Part shown: positions 52,386 to 55,218 of the stretch, piece after piece | Numbering within the stretch: position 1 is the first letter of the stretch | Layout of the letters: each line of letters starts with the position of its first letter | Source of the DNA: Dimargaris cristalligena | Lineage: Eukaryota | NCBI GenBank assembly: GCA_003614675.1 | Contig: ML002259.1 | Span: 1 to 55,218 of the forward strand | Direction of reading: 5' to 3' | Length of the DNA stretch: 55,218 nt | Position numbers and translations under genes: made by a program | The notes under the pieces: model-generated | The model's input: the letters and a program-made list of their open reading frames with translations, nothing else | Told to the model about the DNA's origin: nothing | Database searches by the model: none

Positions 52386-53130
52386 GGTTTCGTATTCGAC
52401 CCTCTACATTTTTGTACAACTATTACACGCCCTCTTAATTTTACTTGGTTAGCGTTTACTCTATTTTGACGCTTTACCATACTCACTTATCTTTCCGGAG
52501 ATTTTGTTAGTGAAAATAAATAATATGTTTATGTGGTGTTCACTGAAGTGCTGCAATGGTCGAGATGGGGTAGTCAACTAATGCGGAATAGTGAAATGAG
52601 ACTGAGATTTAGAGGTAGCCATATTGGTCGACAATGGCTACGGCTGTGATAAGCTGGGGCCGGCAGGCTGACAACAGTTATAAAACTCGGTAGGAATAAT
52701 CGGCAGTTGGAAGTAAAGGGGAGTAAAACAAGGCTTTGGTTAAGCTAAGATTCACATGCGGTCTGAAATACACAATAGTCGAGAATAATGAAGTAAAAGT
52801 GGGACAGTAACGCAAGAGTATGTTGGAGTAACCGCAGATTCTCTCAATTATAATCCGAAATAGACTAAAGATGAAGGTTATTTTAAGATAGATAGAAGTA
52901 AGAAAGAACCGCAAGATGAGAATTAAGCTCATCGCAGTGGTATTTATTGGGTGTAGTTTCGACCAATAGGATCGCTCAAAATACCCAATACAGTATAAAT
53001 CGTACTCGGGGGGAGATGCAGTCCAACAGAGTATACGATCGAATCCATTAACAAATTAGCAGTGTATTATCCCCAATTTCTCACTTATTGATAACTATGT
53101 CGCACAGGAGAAGCTGCACTATTATGACCG

Positions 53131-54620
53131 GGTGTCCAGCCCCAGTCACCACCCCAATTAGACCCTAGTATACCAAGTACCCTTTCTGAAAACAGTGACT
53201 AGTACCATGATGGACAATTGCTTAATCCAGTTGGCATTCAAATCACTCTCAGATAGCTCTTCCAAAAACCTCCATCAAAGGCTACTTTCCTTTAAGCCAA
53301 CCAAACCCCATGGGATTAAATAAATTTGAAGTTGGTCAGCATTGGGAGCAGCAAAAATGCTTACTTAGTTACACTTGAGTCTTTATCTACAATGTCTCCA
53401 TTTGGCATTTGGGTAAGGCCTTAGTTAACAAATCATAATATCCTAGTAGATCAGTAATAGTGATTCCTTATAATAAAATTGAGGGTAGTGGGTGTTCCCC
53501 AGGTTAACTACTCTTAGCCTGTCAAGAGTCCTAAGGATAGGCTTCTAATGGTAGGTGGGGCTTAGGTTCAGCTAATTGGGCTACTAGTGTCAGGTACAGG
53601 CATGGTACTAACTAATAAAGGCTACAGCAGGTATAGGTAAGGTATATGCAGTGGGGATACTTACTAGTCAGTACAAGGGGGTGGGTATATATAGAGTTTA
53701 TTGGGGTAAACCCAGTGGTAAGAATAAGCTAAGGAATTTAACTAGTCCCAATGGGGCCTGGTTATATATACTTGGGGATAACTCCAGAGGAAGGTCTAGG
53801 GGGAAGGATACTACTAAGATTAAGGTATAGGTAAATAGGCTAACTGGATAGCCATTAGTATCTGGAAGACTAATGGTAACTGGAAGAGTCTTTAGATCAG
53901 CACTTGAGTAATTAGTGTAAAGAAGCAAAATCCAGAAGGGGAAGGGTTATATGATATAGGGTGATCCCATAGTACTGGGGATAACTATGGGAAGGTTAAT
54001 ATGGTACTATAAGGCCTAATAGGAATAGACACTAAGGTGCCTGGATTAAGGAGGATTAGATGGTCTGACAGCAGGAATAGATAATAATATTGAAGAGCCA
54101 CCTCATCCTAAGTACAGACTCAATTAGTTATGGCACCAGACTTTTGAATATCTTTGAATAAACAAAGTATATCAGATATTTATGATTGTGGATGTCTAAA
54201 TTTCTGTATACAGCCCTTTCTCTCATATAAATATATAACTTAAGTTGTTTCTGGAAGACATTATGATAACCCTTCAATTTATACTTCCAGTATAGGTAAC
54301 CACTAGATGCATCATACAAGATAAGGTCAATGGAAATACAGCCCCAATTGAATAGCCACATTTCTTCTTCTGTGCACCACTTTCTCATAGACTAGCCTGG
54401 GGCTGTGAGTTGGTGTTGGGACTATAACCCTGGATATACATTTTCAAGATGTCAAATAATAGTAGACTGACATTGGAAATGATATTGGGCCAACACACCA
54501 TATTACACAAAAATGTAAATGGAGGGTGGAAGACAAATTGCCCCCAATGTGAGCAACCCATGTGGAATGGTGAAACCCCAAGTGGGATAACTTACCAGGA
54601 GATCATCAGCCAGAATATTC
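53131..54620. other. CpG-depleted degenerate zone (right flank)
   Basis: Essentially no CpG seen by eye over ~1.5 kb. Contains the dispersed repeat and a stop-rich, possibly spliced relic at ~54100-54620. Confidence 0.75.
53498..54070 (+). repeat. Dispersed repeat copy 2 (direct repeat of 635-1217)
   Basis: Colinear match, e.g. gatcagcacttgagt(g/a)attagt and atagggtgatcccat(g/a)gtactgggg. Many reciprocal CA/TG and TA differences. Confidence 0.85.
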
Positions 54621-54885
54621 TGCGTAAATGGTAACACTTTGTGTTAGATTAAAGGTACCTACGCTATATTCTTCTCCTACTTAGTTAAAGGTAGCCTGTA
54701 CCAAGATTACATTATATATATATTGATGTACTTTTCTCTGGTAAAATCCCACCTCATTTTAATTTTGCCTCCCACTTCCAAGTTTGAATTGTCACTGCGA
54801 TATCTACAAGAAATCCACTCCTAGAATATATCATTATCCTATTAACTCCATACTTTCTGCCCTACTAAGCCCCTTACATTGCCGA

Positions 54886-55167
54886 ATGCCAACTGTCAAG
54901 CTATCTGGTGGCGTAGTTGCCGTAACTTGCCTTCTATCGCTCGCTGTCTCCATTGCAGCAACCAGCCAGTATAGTATCAACCCAGTCCGGGGATCTAACA
55001 GCCCCAATATATATGGGTTCGGTGACATTCATCCAGGGAAAGGCATTATCTCTTGGATTCAGTCCCCAAGTAATTACTGTGAACTTTTGGCAGATCAGGC
55101 TAGTGACCAGTATCTACTGAATACCATGGTGGTGTAGCAAGGTGGAGTGTCCCCTTGATTGCCACAG
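54886..55167 (+). pseudogene. Signal-peptide exon of a probably pseudogenised secreted-protein gene (continues beyond the window)
   Basis: MPTVKLSGGVVAVTCLLSLAVSIAA...NTMVV*QGGVSP*LPQ followed by a CAG|GTATAA donor-like site. Both stops (TAG, TGA) are single transitions from sense codons, and CpGs disappear toward the 3' end. Confidence 0.45.
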
Positions 55168-55218
55168 GTATAAAGTATTACTATTTGATTATTATATTTA
55201 TATATAAGGTATGAAGCG

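Overview
Eukaryotic, intron-containing fungal genomic DNA. A velvet gene, GT-AG introns of mostly 150-350 nt and a Tra2 orthologue suggest an early-diverging fungus such as a Zoopagomycota/Dimargaris-like species (inference). The core block (~5.2-52.4 kb) carries 13 intact genes: RPL22, KGD4/YMR31 (3 exons, absent from the ORF track), LPD1, CreC/WDR20, Tra2, an RRM-zinc-knuckle SR protein, a secreted His-rich DPBB/loosenin-like protein, a VelB-like velvet factor, TIM44, a type-I membrane RING-H2 ligase, an orphan secreted protein, a USP16/45-like deubiquitinase and SIN1. Both flanks (~1-3.9 kb and ~53.1-55.2 kb) are CpG-depleted and TpA-rich, and contain duplicated sequence and stop-riddled gene relics. 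Main observations: (1) RIP-like C>T/G>A hypermutation of repeats, with CpG>TpA and CpA>TpA changes; (2) KGD4 lies tail-to-tail with its binding partner LPD1; (3) a frame-restoring 4-nt micro-exon in the SR gene, which lies tail-to-tail with Tra2; (4) a DPBB protein lacking the conserved Thr/Asp and carrying an unfamiliar Cys/His repeat. All exon boundaries were read by eye.
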